Counted from the whole stretch's first letter, positions 26,101-39,659 are shown. The stretch: 61,663 bases of DNA, filler included, from Welwitschia mirabilis (GCA_051453625.1; 7 parts of one record of this genome joined end to end with filler, not necessarily neighbours in it); one strand, 5' to 3'. The notes: generated by a model not told the origin, from the letters alone. Program-made: numbers and translations.

Positions 26101-27619
26101 CTTTAATTTATCTCCAACAATAAACCATTACTAAAATGTATAAATCAACATGGTTTCAAAGGCAACAAACAGTGAGGATATAGGTNNNNNNNNNNNNNNN
26201 NNNNNNNNNNNNNNNNNNNNNNNNNNNNNNNNNNNNNNNNNNNNNNNNNNNNNNNNNNNNNNNNNNNNNNNNNNNNNNNNNNNNNNNNNNNNNNNNNNNN
26301 NNNNNNNNNNNNNNNNNNNNNNNNNNNNNNNNNNNNNNNNNNNNNNNNNNNNNNNNNNNNNNNNNNNNNNNNNNNNNNNNNNNNNNNNNNNNNNNNNNNN
26401 NNNNNNNNNNNNNNNNNNNNNNNNNNNNNNNNNNNNNNNNNNNNNNNNNNNNNNNNNNNNNNNNNNNNNNNNNNNNNNNNNNNNNNNNNNNNNNNNNNNN
26501 NNNNNNNNNNNNNNNNNNNNNNNNNNNNNNNNNNNNNNNNNNNNNNNNNNNNNNNNNNNNNNNNNNNNNNNNNNNNNNNNNNNNNNNNNNNNNNNNNNNN
26601 NNNNNNNNNNNNNNNNNNNNNNNNNNNNNNNNNNNNNNNNNNNNNNNNNNNNNNNNNNNNNNNNNNNNNNNNNNNNNNNNNNNNNNNNNNNNNNNNNNNN
26701 NNNNNNNNNNNNNNNNNNNNNNNNNNNNNNNNNNNNNNNNNNNNNNNNNNNNNNNNNNNNNNNNNNNNNNNNNNNNNNNNNNNNNNNNNNNNNNNNNNNN
26801 NNNNNNNNNNNNNNNNNNNNNNNNNNNNNNNNNNNNNNNNNNNNNNNNNNNNNNNNNTTGTGATCTTCTTTATGGGAGTCATCCCATTTCAGGGTTTCTC
26901 TCTAACTTTGTCCTTTTACTCTATTTCTTCTCTCCTTACTTTTGAATCATTTTCTATGTTTCCACCTCATTCTTAGTTGTGTTGCCTTCATTTTCATGTA
27001 GCCATTACTCCCATTGCATTTGGAGAACATTCTTTAAAATTAAAGATAAGAGAAGGAAAGACTACTAGGAGGTTAGAGTTGAAGAAACATCACATGAAAG
27101 AAGAAAGAGAAATATCACGTGAAAGAAGAAAGACTAATCATACTTCAATTGATGTTTAATGGAAAAACGATAACAGAAAAATATTAATAGGGCAACTAAA
27201 GCTTGAATTCATGTTTCTCATCTCTTTCTAGATCCGTTCTGATTATTGGCCACATAATTTTAGTTCAAGAGTCCAATAATGAGGTGGTTTGCAATTACAT
27301 TTGACACAGAAAAAAGCACTTCTTTCTTTAAATTCAGGTTGATTTCCATTAAAAAGCCACCTGCTAAAAATTGATTACCATAAGATGCAAAAACATATCT
27401 AAAGTCTTGAGAGAATGAGCTATGCGTGCCCAATCCTATGCCCAATACTTCTCTTCAAAAGCCACTGTTCATGCTATCTACAGAGGACAAGTTAACCAAC
27501 TTTGCTTTACCACTGTCTCAACCTTAAGGTTTCAAACCCTTTTTATTAACCAATTATGTAAGTTAATTTTTAATATGAAATATTGTTTTATAATTCTTTT
27601 AGTAGAGATTTTATTATGA

Positions 27620-30470
27620 TGTCTTTATATATTAGTATATTGAAATCCTTTAATTTCAAAATTCTTCAAAAATGAGTTTCTTTTAAGAAAGTGTATTTAA
27701 ATAATAATGTTATGTTTTGAATGCATGACCATTTTTTAGTGTAAACAAATATTCTTCATCCTTGTATTAAAATAGTGTAATAGTATTATTTCATAAATTA
27801 AATTATTCACAACTTATTTTTGAAAGTTTAAGTATGTTACATTTAGATAATAATTTTAAAATCAAATTGTGGATTTTTTAAGCTCATTCCATTTTAAATA
27901 TAATTTTAAGAACTTCACTTCTGACATGTGCTCCAAAACGTGATTAAAGACCTAAAAATATTATGAGCTAAAGCATAAACTTAGATATGGCATGAAAAAG
28001 AGTACAAGACATCCTTTTATGATTAAAATAATGAAATTAATGTTTCAACTATGGGAAAATGGCATGGAATACATAAAGTAAATTATAGTTTTTACATGTT
28101 AAAACACACCCCAACCTTAATTTTTCTAGTCCCTTAGCGAAAACTATGAGAAATATGATTAACATGGAAAAATTTCTAAGCAAAAACATTCAATCATAAT
28201 GTAAAAATGATAAAAACTTGAAAAATTTAGGCCACTTTTTCAAAATGAGGCATTAGAAACAATTTTGAAGTGCAAATACCAAGTCCTTAACCAAAGCTGA
28301 ACTTTATTCTCAAAGTTTTAAAAGATGGGAAAAAAATGCAGGGTTTGAGAAGAAATTGATGTAATCATTAGGAGAAAAATACCCCACTACATGTCATGTT
28401 ATTACAACTAAAAAAAGCAAAAGAAAAACAGTATAAAGGAATGCAAAACTAAGCTACCATGCAAGTGGGAAAGGTTAAAACATCTGAGAGGCATCACTTA
28501 TTTTAAGTTTTAGTTTAGATGTCGATTGAAGGATCATTTTATAATAAACACATTTATGCTTCTTGGTGTGCTTTCTCATAGAACAGGAATGAGGTGAAAA
28601 TGGTGATGTGAGTGGGCATGAAGTGAAAAAATTGGCCATGAATATGAAAACTCAACCATGAAAGCTATAAATAAAATAGGCTAAGATCTAAGCTAATGGC
28701 CTTATTTATTGAATTTTTGTGATTTTTTAATTTATTTAATAGATTTAAATGTCACACAAATAAGGTATTAGCACAGTAAAGTTATGCAAATCCAAGAGTA
28801 GTAAAGAAATCATGAGTACAATCATTTAAAAAAGAAAAACACAAGAGATTTTCAATTCCCACCTTAATTCTCTTCCCAATTTTTTGGCTCTACAACCATA
28901 AGTACCTTTATTTCAAGCATTTGATTTTACTGAGCATCTAGTGTTATGAAATTTCCTTCCAACAGAGTTGAACATGTTGTGTATTAAGAATTTAATGTTA
29001 CATTATGAGTGAAGGTCTATAGCCCTGATGCAAATGAATGTCCCATAAGTAGATCATTAGAGCTAAATTACTAATGAGTGTTTATAGCCGTGATGTAGTT
29101 AATTAAACCTAATAAAACTGATTTAAAAAAATACTTTTAGAGAAGAGATTTTACATTTCTTTTGATTCTTCTTCTCCTCATTTTTTCCCCGATATGCATG
29201 TAAGAGTGGTCATTGGCTCATTAGCCTAATAAAGAAATAATATTATCCCTATAAATGCTTGAGAGGTAAGGATGCCATATAGCATTCAAAATTTATCTAT
29301 TGACTTTTTCCAAATTGAAGACTTAAAGTGAATGTAAACCTTAACAACATAACCCAAAATAAGAATAACTTTCTCTTGAAAAATATAAGTGCACCTAATC
29401 TCAACCAAAACTTGGAATGACACAAAGATCACTTATTATCGGTTAATTTTGAAGGCCATCAATCATGGTCATTAAATCTTATAAACTATAAGTGAATGGG
29501 AGTGGTAGATGGTTTATATGCTTAATGGGAGTATTTGAAAATGGAATAATTGAATAAAATGGCTTAAGGGCATGGTTGAAGATATGATAATGCATGGGGT
29601 ATTCTGTGAGCAACATTTGATTTCTTCTAAAGTGGTTTTACCAATCAAAATCTAAATTGTCAGGAAGTGAATTCAATGTTAACTCATGAGGAAATTGTTC
29701 AATGAAATGTGAGGAGAAAATCTCAGAAATATTATAACTATTAGGTGCAAGATGACGAGATTGAGAATCAAATTATGGCATAGAAATGAAAATGTTTTAA
29801 TGGGAAAACTTTATATATGAGTTTAAAAACTCAAAAAGAATGTGGGAAGTGCAAATTATGGAGTATAACCATTCAAAATCGAAAGAAGTCCAACCTATGA
29901 CTTTCTTACATTTTTTCCAATAATTCTTGAAAAACATGAAAGGAAACATGTTTCTCATAGATGGCTTCAAAGCAAAAGAAGGGTCCTCTTCACACTTGGA
30001 ATTTGAATCAAACTCAAAAGATGAATAGGGAGAGACACATTCTATGCATAAGGAGAAAATTTAGGATCATAGAGTTCCTTATCAAGCCCAAACTTCATTA
30101 ATATCCCTTGGTAGTTTGGTGGTATTGAAGACATTCAAATCCACAATCATATTCCCAAATGAGATTTTCATGAGACCATTCCTATAGTTGATAAAAGAAT
30201 TGGTAGATGCAAGAAAGTGTCTTCCTAAAATAATAGGAATTGAATGATGTTTCACTAGTTCCATTTCTAGAGCTATGAAGTCTACAAGGAAGCAACAATT
30301 ATCAACTTGAACTATCAATCTTCTAATATTCCAAGTGTTAACTTTAAAGAATTATCAACTAATTGTAACTGGATTTTGATGCATTTAAGTTCATTCAAGC
30401 CAAGTTCTTTATAAACACGATAGGGTAAAATATTAACACCTTCTCAAAGGTCTAACAAGTCTTGTCTAGG
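27620..30470 (-). mobile_element. Athila-like Ty3/gypsy remnant: aspartic protease region ~30080-30470, long non-coding 3' region, PPT ~28108-28140, 3' LTR leftwards (left limit uncertain)
   Basis: VNILPYRVYKELGLNELK...LQLVD...VQVDNCCFLVDFIALEM...PIILGRHFLAST...FGNMIVDLNVFN; PPT zone CGCTAAGGGACTAG...AAGGTTGGGGTG. Confidence 0.75.
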
Positions 30471-33237
30471 GTGTTTGTTGTTTCAACTATTTTTCATAAC
30501 CTAGATTAGACTTTGATGTCTATGTTATCATTTGGCTATCAAGCAATTTCATTGGATTTAATCTTGGATAATTAAGCCTAATTTATGTTATTTTGGCAGT
30601 TTGGTTGTAGATTAACAATTTGTTTTAATGTGATGTGGCTGAACGAGTCGGTTTGACACCCTTCTTCTAGCACCAAAATGTTATCATTGTTTTCATAACC
30701 TAGAATTTAGCTTGAATGTTACTTGTTGTTCTTTGATTTTTGCTTTAATCTTGGATGATTTAGTTTGGTTTTGTTTTGATTTTCACCTAAGTTATGATGT
30801 TAGCTTCTAAATTGAATGTCCTAAGATTAAAGCTTATGTGATTGGTAATTGACTAGTATCATGTTTTAAATTTCCAAGACACTTGTATATGAAAATGTAT
30901 GACTCAAGATATAAGATCATAGTAATGAATTTTTGAAGACATATCATAAACTCATTTTCCCTTTATTTCTTCTTAAATATGGTTAACAAAATGATATTCT
31001 TAATTCTCAATATAAGTGACGCTATTTTTCTTAATATGTAAAAAGAAAAGAAAAGAAAAGAAAAAAAAAACATTAGGTGACAAATAGGTTAGAGGTTTTT
31101 TTAATAAATAAATTTCCTCTTGTTCCCTTTTCTTTATAGCGGTTCTTTTTCTTTTAGAAAAAAGACTAACAAAAAGGAGGAGGAATTATTGGCTTGGTCC
31201 ACTTCCTAAAATGCAGTGAATAACAGAGGCAATAAAACCCAATGAGAACTGAGCAAATAAAGTTGTTTGAGAGAGGGAATGTGGACAGAGACAGTGGAAG
31301 GATGGCAAGTTCTTTCAAACTTCTCGTCTGTAAAAGAATAGGATTCTGAAACTGGGCTTTCAAGACTACAATCGACGAAATTTAACCCATAATGATCACT
31401 TTATTCAGGAGTTGCCTTGCACAAAACATTGGCCTTTTACAATGGAATTATTTTAGCAGAACAAAGGTGAAAAGGCGAATTTGAAGAGATCGCCACAAAA
31501 CACAAAAGGAGAGTCCGGGAACCTGGAGAAGCTTACTGCAAAGATTACTGCGATCCGTGTCTGGCATTTCCCTCCTTTCTGATGTGGAGTGCTCTTCCTT
31601 TGGTACAGCTTTGTTGTGTCTCGATTGTCTCTGCCTCTCTCTTTTGGACTTTTTCTCGCTTGCAGCTTTGGTGCGCGTGTTTTTTTCTCCCCTTTTTGCA
31701 GTCCTCCTGCAATCCTTCTCTCTATCAATTCTCCTTCTGGCCTCATGGCTTTGTTACTGTCACAGTGTCTTTACCCTCGTCCATCTTCTTGCTCTGCTTT
31801 ACAGAGCCCTTCCTCTGTTTTCCCCCACTGATCTCCTCCCTCTTGCAGGTTTTTACAACGTTGTGCTTCCTGAAATAGGGCTTTTCCCCTACTTCTGCTG
31901 CAAGTACCTATCATGTTTCACCACTTCTTCCCTCAAATGTCGTCTCTTCCCCTTGACTTTCCTCCTTTCGAGGTTCATAGTGCTTTCGATTAAAGATGCT
32001 GGCCTTGTGTGCAGATTTGCAGTCTACAAAGAGGGGCAGATGGGGCGTGGGTAGGACTAAGGCACGGGCAGAACACCCGCTGCAACAAGAGACCCAACGA
32101 CTCCCTGAGTATCTAATTGGGAATCTTGAATAAGATCGTGATTTGGCACACTATAGGATTCAAGATTACTACCAAGGCAAGAATTTCGATTGAGCTTTTT
32201 GGACTGCAACTATTTCATTAGATTGGGAACTCTAGCTTTGGCACCTTTGAACTACCATACTTTTTTCCGGAGAACAAATTCCATTTCTGATGATAGAAGC
32301 AAGTTGATTACATTCCAATGATACCTCTGCATTTATCTTCAGATTTTGAATTGTCAGCTAATCGATCAGGCAAACTCTGCAAGGCACTCAGAAGCTTTGT
32401 ATATAAATTTGACTGCGCCATCTCAAATTTTTTTGCCCCATTCTGTTCGATTAGCATTGCATTTGTTTTTACAGAAAGTATTCATCCATAAAAATATCCG
32501 ATGCAATTGGTATTCTTCCTTCAACATCATCAACTAAGATCATAAGCCGTATGTTTTGTAGCATATTGACTGGGTCTTCGGAGCCTTCGGGTGTGGCTTT
32601 GATGGATTGGGCGCCCATATTTACAGTGTAGCTTCCTTCCCTCCCTTCTTGCTACGGCTGCAATATTAATTATAGTTCAAATCAGAAGTACATCTTGCTC
32701 AATTTGCAGGTCAGTTGAGCTACTTACTAGAAAGGCACTAGCATTCTTTAGGGATTCTGCAGTGGGTTTCTAGCTCAAAGAGAATTGCTGTGAGTGACGG
32801 AATAAAATTCACATAAATTCTCGCCAGCATCCAAATGAAATTTTAATCGGATGTAGAGAGAGAGGAGAGGATATTTTCGACTAATCTCAATTCCGTGTAA
32901 ATGCAACAAAGTGGGATTGTGGTTGAGGTTAGAACCACATACGCTAAAGATTAACCATGGAAGCTGCAGCTGGCATTTCCATACCCATTTCCAAGTCGGC
33001 TGGCTTCTTCTTTACTGTAAAAGCGATAGAGTCTGCATCTTCATATTCGTCGGAGCAATCCAAGAAATCTCATTCCTGTTCTTGTTCTTCAATTTCTTTA
33101 CCGTCAAGCCTTAGCCTTGTTATTCCCATGAATGTTTCCGCGATGCTTTCCAGGGAATATGGCACACTGAATTTCACTTCATTTTCTAGTTTCAAAATTA
33201 GTTCTTCGAGCGAAAATTTGTAGCTTACTGTTCAACC

Positions 33238-33449
33238 CTTCTTCCTCAGATCAAGATCAACTGAGTTAATCCGCATAACAATTGGCTCAGTCTGTGCGTC
33301 GGGAACAGATGGGATATTTATCTCCAGTTTTCTGACTTTCACCCGTGTAACACCTGGTGCTGGTGAAAATCCACGCTAGCCTGGGAAGCATCACCATTGA
33401 CATCTAAATTTGAAAGCTGGGCCGTCCTCCCTTGGAGCTTGGATTGATC
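33238..33449 (-). pseudogene. Intronless, frameshifted fragment of a plant Chorein_N / BLTP3 (SHIP164, UHRF1BP1L)-like gene N-terminus
   Basis: DQSKLQGRTAQLSNLDVNGDASQASV / GFSPAPGVTRVKVRKLEINIPSVPDAQTEPIVMRINSVDLDL (one-base deletion near 33372) recalls plant DQFKLQGRTAQLSNLDINGDALHAS.GLPPAL.VTTAKVGKLEI.LP.VSNVQ.EPIVVQID.LDLVL. Confidence 0.8.
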
Positions 33450-34333
33450 TCAAAATGGCATTGAAAGCAAGGAAATTCTGAGACAATAATCAACTTTCTA
33501 GCTGCCTTTTAATGGAACAAGTAAATTCTTAACGTCGAGGCGTCTTGTATTTCTGAACACAAGGCTACAAAACTCTCATCCATTAGAGATCTCAAGATGG
33601 CAGCCTTTGTGAAATTTTAAATCCTTTAGTTCAGTTGATGGACCTTCAAACAAGATCTTTTTGTTAAGTTAGCTGCTTCACTTTCAACATGGGGACAGAC
33701 CTCTATGTGGAAGGCATATTGGCATATTTTATACTTACCTTGGCAGGGTCTGCCAGTAATAAAGAAGAAGTAACACTTAGTGAATTAACACCTAATGCAG
33801 ACATCATAAACATATTAAGGAAAGTAGGATTAACTGGAAAACAATGGGCATGGAAGACAAGGATAGGGTTTATTAATCATGGTAGAAAAAGAGGGTAGAT
33901 GGGATAAGTTTTGGCAACCCCTGGGCCTGAACAAAACTTCAAAGGAAGGAGCCTTTAGTGGAGGGAGAAGTGACAGTAGTGATAGGAATTAAGAAACATA
34001 TTGATTTGGATGGATGGTTAAAATTACTGAGAGATGATATATAAGTCAAAAGGGAGGGTGGAAAAGGGCGCTAATGTAAACTAAGAGGTAAGGCCTGGGG
34101 AAAATAAGAGAACGGATTAGGGTGAATAAGTGCTAATGGAGATGAACATAGGGCCAATTAAGGGGGTGTAATGAGGGTAAAAATAACTTGTGATATAGTT
34201 GCCCCCTCCTTGACATGAGGCGACAAGGTGAAACCTCATGTCAAAAACAAAAGGTGAACATGTACTCTTCAAAGGGTTTTCACATGGTTAATGATAAATT
34301 TTTTTCTCTTCTTTTTTTCCTTCTATTTTTTCC

Positions 34334-34367
<34 letters not shown>

Positions 34368-34956
34368 GCATTTTCTCCTTCTCTCTCTTTCCCCTGTCTC
34401 CTCTTGAAAATAAAATAAAAGCGAGAGCTCTGGAAAATATGGTGGAAACATGACTAATAGGATGAAGTGGCAGGTATGCATATGCATAAAATGAGATGAA
34501 TGGAGCAATGGTGAGTGGGAAATGGAAATGAATGGTGAAAGGCATGAGATGTGCAGTGAATGGAATGTGTACACACTACTATCTAGTGGAATGATGACTG
34601 ACATATGAGCAGGTGGAGTAGACACACTTGTGCAAAGGTGCCAATCATGTAAAGGAGGGAATCATGTGTATCATAGCATGGGTCAATGTGCTATATGTTG
34701 TCATCGTCCTCCTCGATGAATGAAGCCTCATGAAGTGGAACGTTAATCACGGTGAAACCAATGTCATTAGTAGAAAAGTGGCCTCTACCATGCTTATGCA
34801 ATATATGCCCTCCTTTACCTCGTCCGTATAGATTAGCAACACATATCCTTTGACAATCTGAAGAATATGCTCAACCATATTAGATAATGCTCAAACAAAT
34901 AAAACAAAGCATGAAATGTATATGATATGTGTGAAAGAATAATGTTGTGATACATG

Positions 34957-34958
<2 letters not shown>

Positions 34959-34992
<34 letters not shown>
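34959..34992 (+). repeat. (AC)n microsatellite
   Basis: Direct reading. Confidence 0.95.
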
Positions 34993-34997
<5 letters not shown>

Positions 34998-37341
34998 AAA
35001 AAAAATCATCATAAAATTAAATGAAATAATTATAAACATGCAGAAAACGACTAAAGTACAGTATGCAACAAAGGCAACATGTCCTTTGATTTTTCTTTTG
35101 TTGATAATATGGTCAAAGATATAACTTATTTATCAGTTCATTCTCCTTGATGTCATCTACCCTTTTCAATTTGTACATTTCCTTATCGAACTTTTGTGAG
35201 ATAATAAATGGCCTTAATCAATTTGGTGAAAATTTTAATGTTTTTTTAGTTAGATTTACTTTCAACACCATGTCATCCATGTTAAAAGACCTTGGGTTTA
35301 CTTGTTTGTTATATGTATCACTAATCCATTTTTGATAAAGCAGATTTTGTTGCATGGCCTTTACCCCTTTGTTCGTCTAAAGTTTCCAGTTGTGAAAGTC
35401 ATGCTTCCTTTTCTAATTAGATAATACTAGATCTTTAACTAAAGTTTATAATATGGAAACTTAAATCTTGGTGGGCAAGACTGCTGTGGTGATATAAATT
35501 AGTTGAAATAGGGTATTCTTATAGTAGTTTTTACTATAGTATGGTAAGCTCATAATGTGAAAGGCAACTTTCATGCCATGACTTTGCATTTCTTTATAGT
35601 AAATTCTTGAGATAATTAAGTATGAGCTTATTGGTTGCCTTAGCATAGTTATTCACTTGAGGGTAACATGACATAGAGAATGAATGCTTTATCCCAAATT
35701 TAGTGAAGAAATTCCTTAACTGAGATGATCTAAATTGTGAGTCATTATCAGTGATGATCACATAGGGTGTAACAAATCTCAAGATGATATGATCCAAAAG
35801 AAAATTTTGAATTTTCCTTGACATTGTTTGCTATAAAGGGATCGCTTTTACCTAGTTCAAAAAATATTTTATGGCAGTAAGAATGTACACATGCTGCCTT
35901 AAGGAGGTAGATGAGAGGGGACCAATTAAATCTATGCTCCACTTCCTGAAAACCCAAATTAAATCAAACGAAAAAAGCTTCATACGTGGCTGATGTATCC
36001 TTGGTGAAAAGATTTAATAGATGTGACAATTCTCACCATTCTAAAGTAATTATCACTTATGGTTCTCCAGAAATAGCTAGATCTTATTATATGGTTTAAT
36101 AGTGATTTTATTCCCTAGCGAGGCTCACACAGAGTAACATGTATATCTTTCAAGGTGTGAGCATATTCATTTAACTCTAGGCATCTCAACAAGACATCCT
36201 CTTATTATTTCTTTTATGATGGACCTTGGATTAGGATAAAACACATGACCTGATCTCTAAAGTTTCATCTCTATAAAGGTGAGAGGTTTTCTAGTAGCTT
36301 TTGACTAGTGAGGTAATTTACCAAAGTGTTGTACCATACATTGTTGGCTCGAGGATCATTTATCAGCTAATCAATTTCATCTTGTGACAGCTCTAATCCA
36401 TTGTTCATCTAGGAGATTTCGATTCAAATCCATTCACATGACATATTCTCTGATCCATGAATCTCTAAAACACGTTTGTGTGAAGTTTGTAAGATAATCT
36501 GTGAAGTGGTTTTTAGTTTTTAAAATAGCAAGAATTCAACAGGAGTTAAATGATGTAAGCAACTTTTTCACCTTTTCAAGGCAAGCACCTAAAATCCTGA
36601 CTTTACATTGTACTTTCCTAACACTTGATTAATCACTAACTGTGAATCATCCAAAATACACAATTTCTTAAAGCCAGCTTAAATGGCTAGTGTAATTCCT
36701 CTTACTAATGCTTCATATTCAACAATGTTATTCATGTAAAGGAAATCTAACTTAAAGGACAATGACAAACTTATTTCGTTATTCAAGAAGAAGACTGCTC
36801 CTACAAATCCACCATTTCAATTTGATGCACCATTGAAAAACATAATTGCATCCCAACTATTTTTTATTTTAATGATGTGGATCTCTGCTTCAAGGGACTA
36901 TTCAGATTTACTTGAGGATTGACCTTCCAGTTCCATGGGTATATCAGCCATTTACTTGGCAATACATTTACCTTTAACTAATTCCTATGATTGAAACTCT
37001 AATTCAAATTTAGCAAGAATCGATGTCCATTGGGTCAAATGTGTGTATAGTAGAATATTCAAGGAGATGTTTGAGGAGATTCTTACTATTAATCACAATT
37101 GTCTTGTTTGTCATTGTGTAATGATGAAACTTTGTGAAATGAATATTAAACTCAAGCATGCTTTTTTTGCATTAGTGTAGTTCCTCTCATATTAGTGTAG
37201 CGTCCTAGTGATGTAATGGATTAAATGATCTTGATGCAACTCATCTCTTTGGAAAATCATTGCATTAATCAATGATGGAGTATATGCAATGTAAAGTAAA
37301 ATAGTTGCTCAGGTTTAGGTGGATTTAAAATAGGAAGAGAT

Positions 37342-39659
37342 TGTGAAATTATAGATTCCATTTTGGCGGAAAGCTCAAAAACTAAGAGAAATCCCTAGGG
37401 AGTACACAAGATCCATAATGAAATTATCTCACTTATCTTCTTAACATTTAGTTAACTTATACAATAAATTTTCCCATNNNNNNNNNNNNNNNNGTATGGA
37501 TTCACATCCCAACATTTATGGATTTAGACTAATCCAATCCTAAAATAAAACAAAAAATTAGAATAAAAGGGCATGTGAACATTCCCATTGTGTTATTACT
37601 TAAATGTAAAATGAAAATAAACAGTTTAAAGCGAATAAATCCTCCCTTAATGTTAAATTCCCAAATATATAAGGAATTTAACATTATAGTTATCGAAACA
37701 TGCCTCCAACATAGCGTAACAAGACTCACAAGGGATTTTACAAAGGAAACGAGGGACATCACAAGAAAGTACACCAGGGACGATGAGGAACTTCACAAGG
37801 GATGATAAGGAACAACTTAGAACAAACTCAGGAAACTCCACCAAAAAATAGATTAAGGACTAATAATTTACATAACAAAAATAAATACGTAAGGAGTATC
37901 TCATACCACTTCTAATGTATTCATTTTCAAATTAAATAAATTAACTTGGAAGAATATTTTAGGCCATCTTTAGAAAATATAATCCCCTTAAATGACTATG
38001 ATCTCTTACCTTACCATACTCGAAAAAACTTCTTTTATTAATTTTTTTGATTTTATATAATAATCCTTCACAAAGTAAGGGCAAAAGGAAATAAGCCACC
38101 ATATAAATGACAAGGGTATTAAAAAAGGACTTTTACAAGAAGTTAAAATGTGAATGGCTTGAACAAAATGCAATCACTACTTTCTTTCAAAAGAAATGTA
38201 CACTGATTTAATACATTGTTCATGGAGAGACTTTCATCTATGTTGTTCTGAAGGGGATCCACTAAGAAAAGAAGAGAGCAAAAGGAGACATAAGTAAAGG
38301 AAATAGAAGTAAGAGAGAAAAACCATTAGCAATAGCAAAGACCAAAGAGCCTTCCCTTTCTAAAACTTTATAACAAAGAGGATATACCTTTTTGGTAATT
38401 AGAAGCCTTTGCAGATTTACACCTGAAATTGCAATAATTTAGCAAGAATAGTTTTAGGTCTAAAATCTTCAGATCAAACTCTATTTTCCCATTTTTTTAA
38501 AGATCAAGAACACTACAAATAATGAAGGGTTTAAAAACTTAAAGGTTCAAAGTAGAAACCACCACAAAAAAGGTATAATTCCTCCTCCTTACACTTGGAT
38601 TTCTGATTATGTAATCATTAGCCTTTGATCTCATAGAGCTTTATTATGGCCTCTATGTCAATTACCTTTGTATACGGATCCTTATCATAAAATTAGTATG
38701 TTTTGATGATGTGCCTTCTATTCTATCTGCACCCCTATTTATCTCTGTGTGGCCTCTAACATAAATCTTTCCAAGCTCATTAGTGGATAGAATGATGAAT
38801 ACTTTTAAGGTGTTAAAGGACACAAATGAGGTCTGACTTAGCACAGTGCCATTAGTAAAGTAAAGACTAGCTACAAGAGCATTGAAAATGACATATGTTT
38901 TTGAAATTGATAAATGAGTATAAGAGACTTAGACGAAGATCATTATGCTAATATGTCTACTTCTCCAAAGCCAAAACTTTGTGATACTGGAGTTAATATA
39001 ATCTGTATGATCTAATTCTTGATTCATTTTCTTGGCAAAGGCAAAGATCACATTTTACACCTTCTAATTCTTCTCTTTAAACTCCCTATAAAGAGGGTTT
39101 AAAGCAATAAAATATTTATTTCTAAGCATATTCAAAATTGAAAATAGTCAAAATAACTATAAAAAGGGGAAGAAATTTTTAGGAGAAAACTTTTCTTTTG
39201 ACTTCTAAAAAAGAATAAAACAAAAGAGGAGAGGGTAAGAACAAAAAGGACTAGTATCAGTGGGGTAATAATATCATCATAGCTCAATAGAAAGTCCTTG
39301 GGATTGAAAACATGTTGTTAAGCTATGAGTATCAAACTGCTGGCTCTAATATTACTTGTGGGATTACAGATTCCATTCTGGAGGAAATCTCGAGAACTAG
39401 GAGAAATTTCCAAGAGCACATAAGATCTACAATGAAATCAGCTCACTTATTTTCTTAAGATCAAGTTAATTTATACAATAAAGTTTTTCACATTTGGCCT
39501 CAACTAACTTCTAACTTATGAACCCACATCCCCACATCCGTGGATTTAAACTAATCAAATCCTATAATAAAACAAAAATTCGAAATAAGAGGGCACATGA
39601 ACATTCCTGCTATTCTATTATTTAAACATAAAATAAAAATAAATAGTCTAAATCCAACA
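37342..39659 (-). mobile_element. Internally deleted Ty1/copia (~300-bp LTRs at 37342-~37637 and 39357-39659) nested in the Tat RT
   Basis: Direct-repeat LTRs starting TGTG; decayed PBS GCTCTAATATTAC ~39343-39355; PPT AATCCTCCCTTAA ~37638-37650; TSD GAGAT/TAGAT; integrase traces (LWRSRHI, NRGADRI, QKGI). Confidence 0.8.

Noticed and set aside
31453..32054. Overlapping hydrophobic/basic ORFs on both strands
   Set aside because: Explained by pyrimidine/purine strand skew; no recognisable domain
31450..33460. Possible pri-miRNA (short matches such as TGGAGAAGC, TTGGATTGA, TTGGACTG)
   Set aside because: Only 8-9 nt matches to miR164/159/319 and no star arm seen
33731..33755. ATACTTACCT(T)GG, like the U1 snRNA 5' end
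   Set aside because: No U1 body (no stem-loop II ATTGCAC, no Sm site) follows; better read as a minus-strand splice donor
34215..35039. Poly-K/F and CVCV ORFs
   Set aside because: Translations of poly-T and (AC)n tracts
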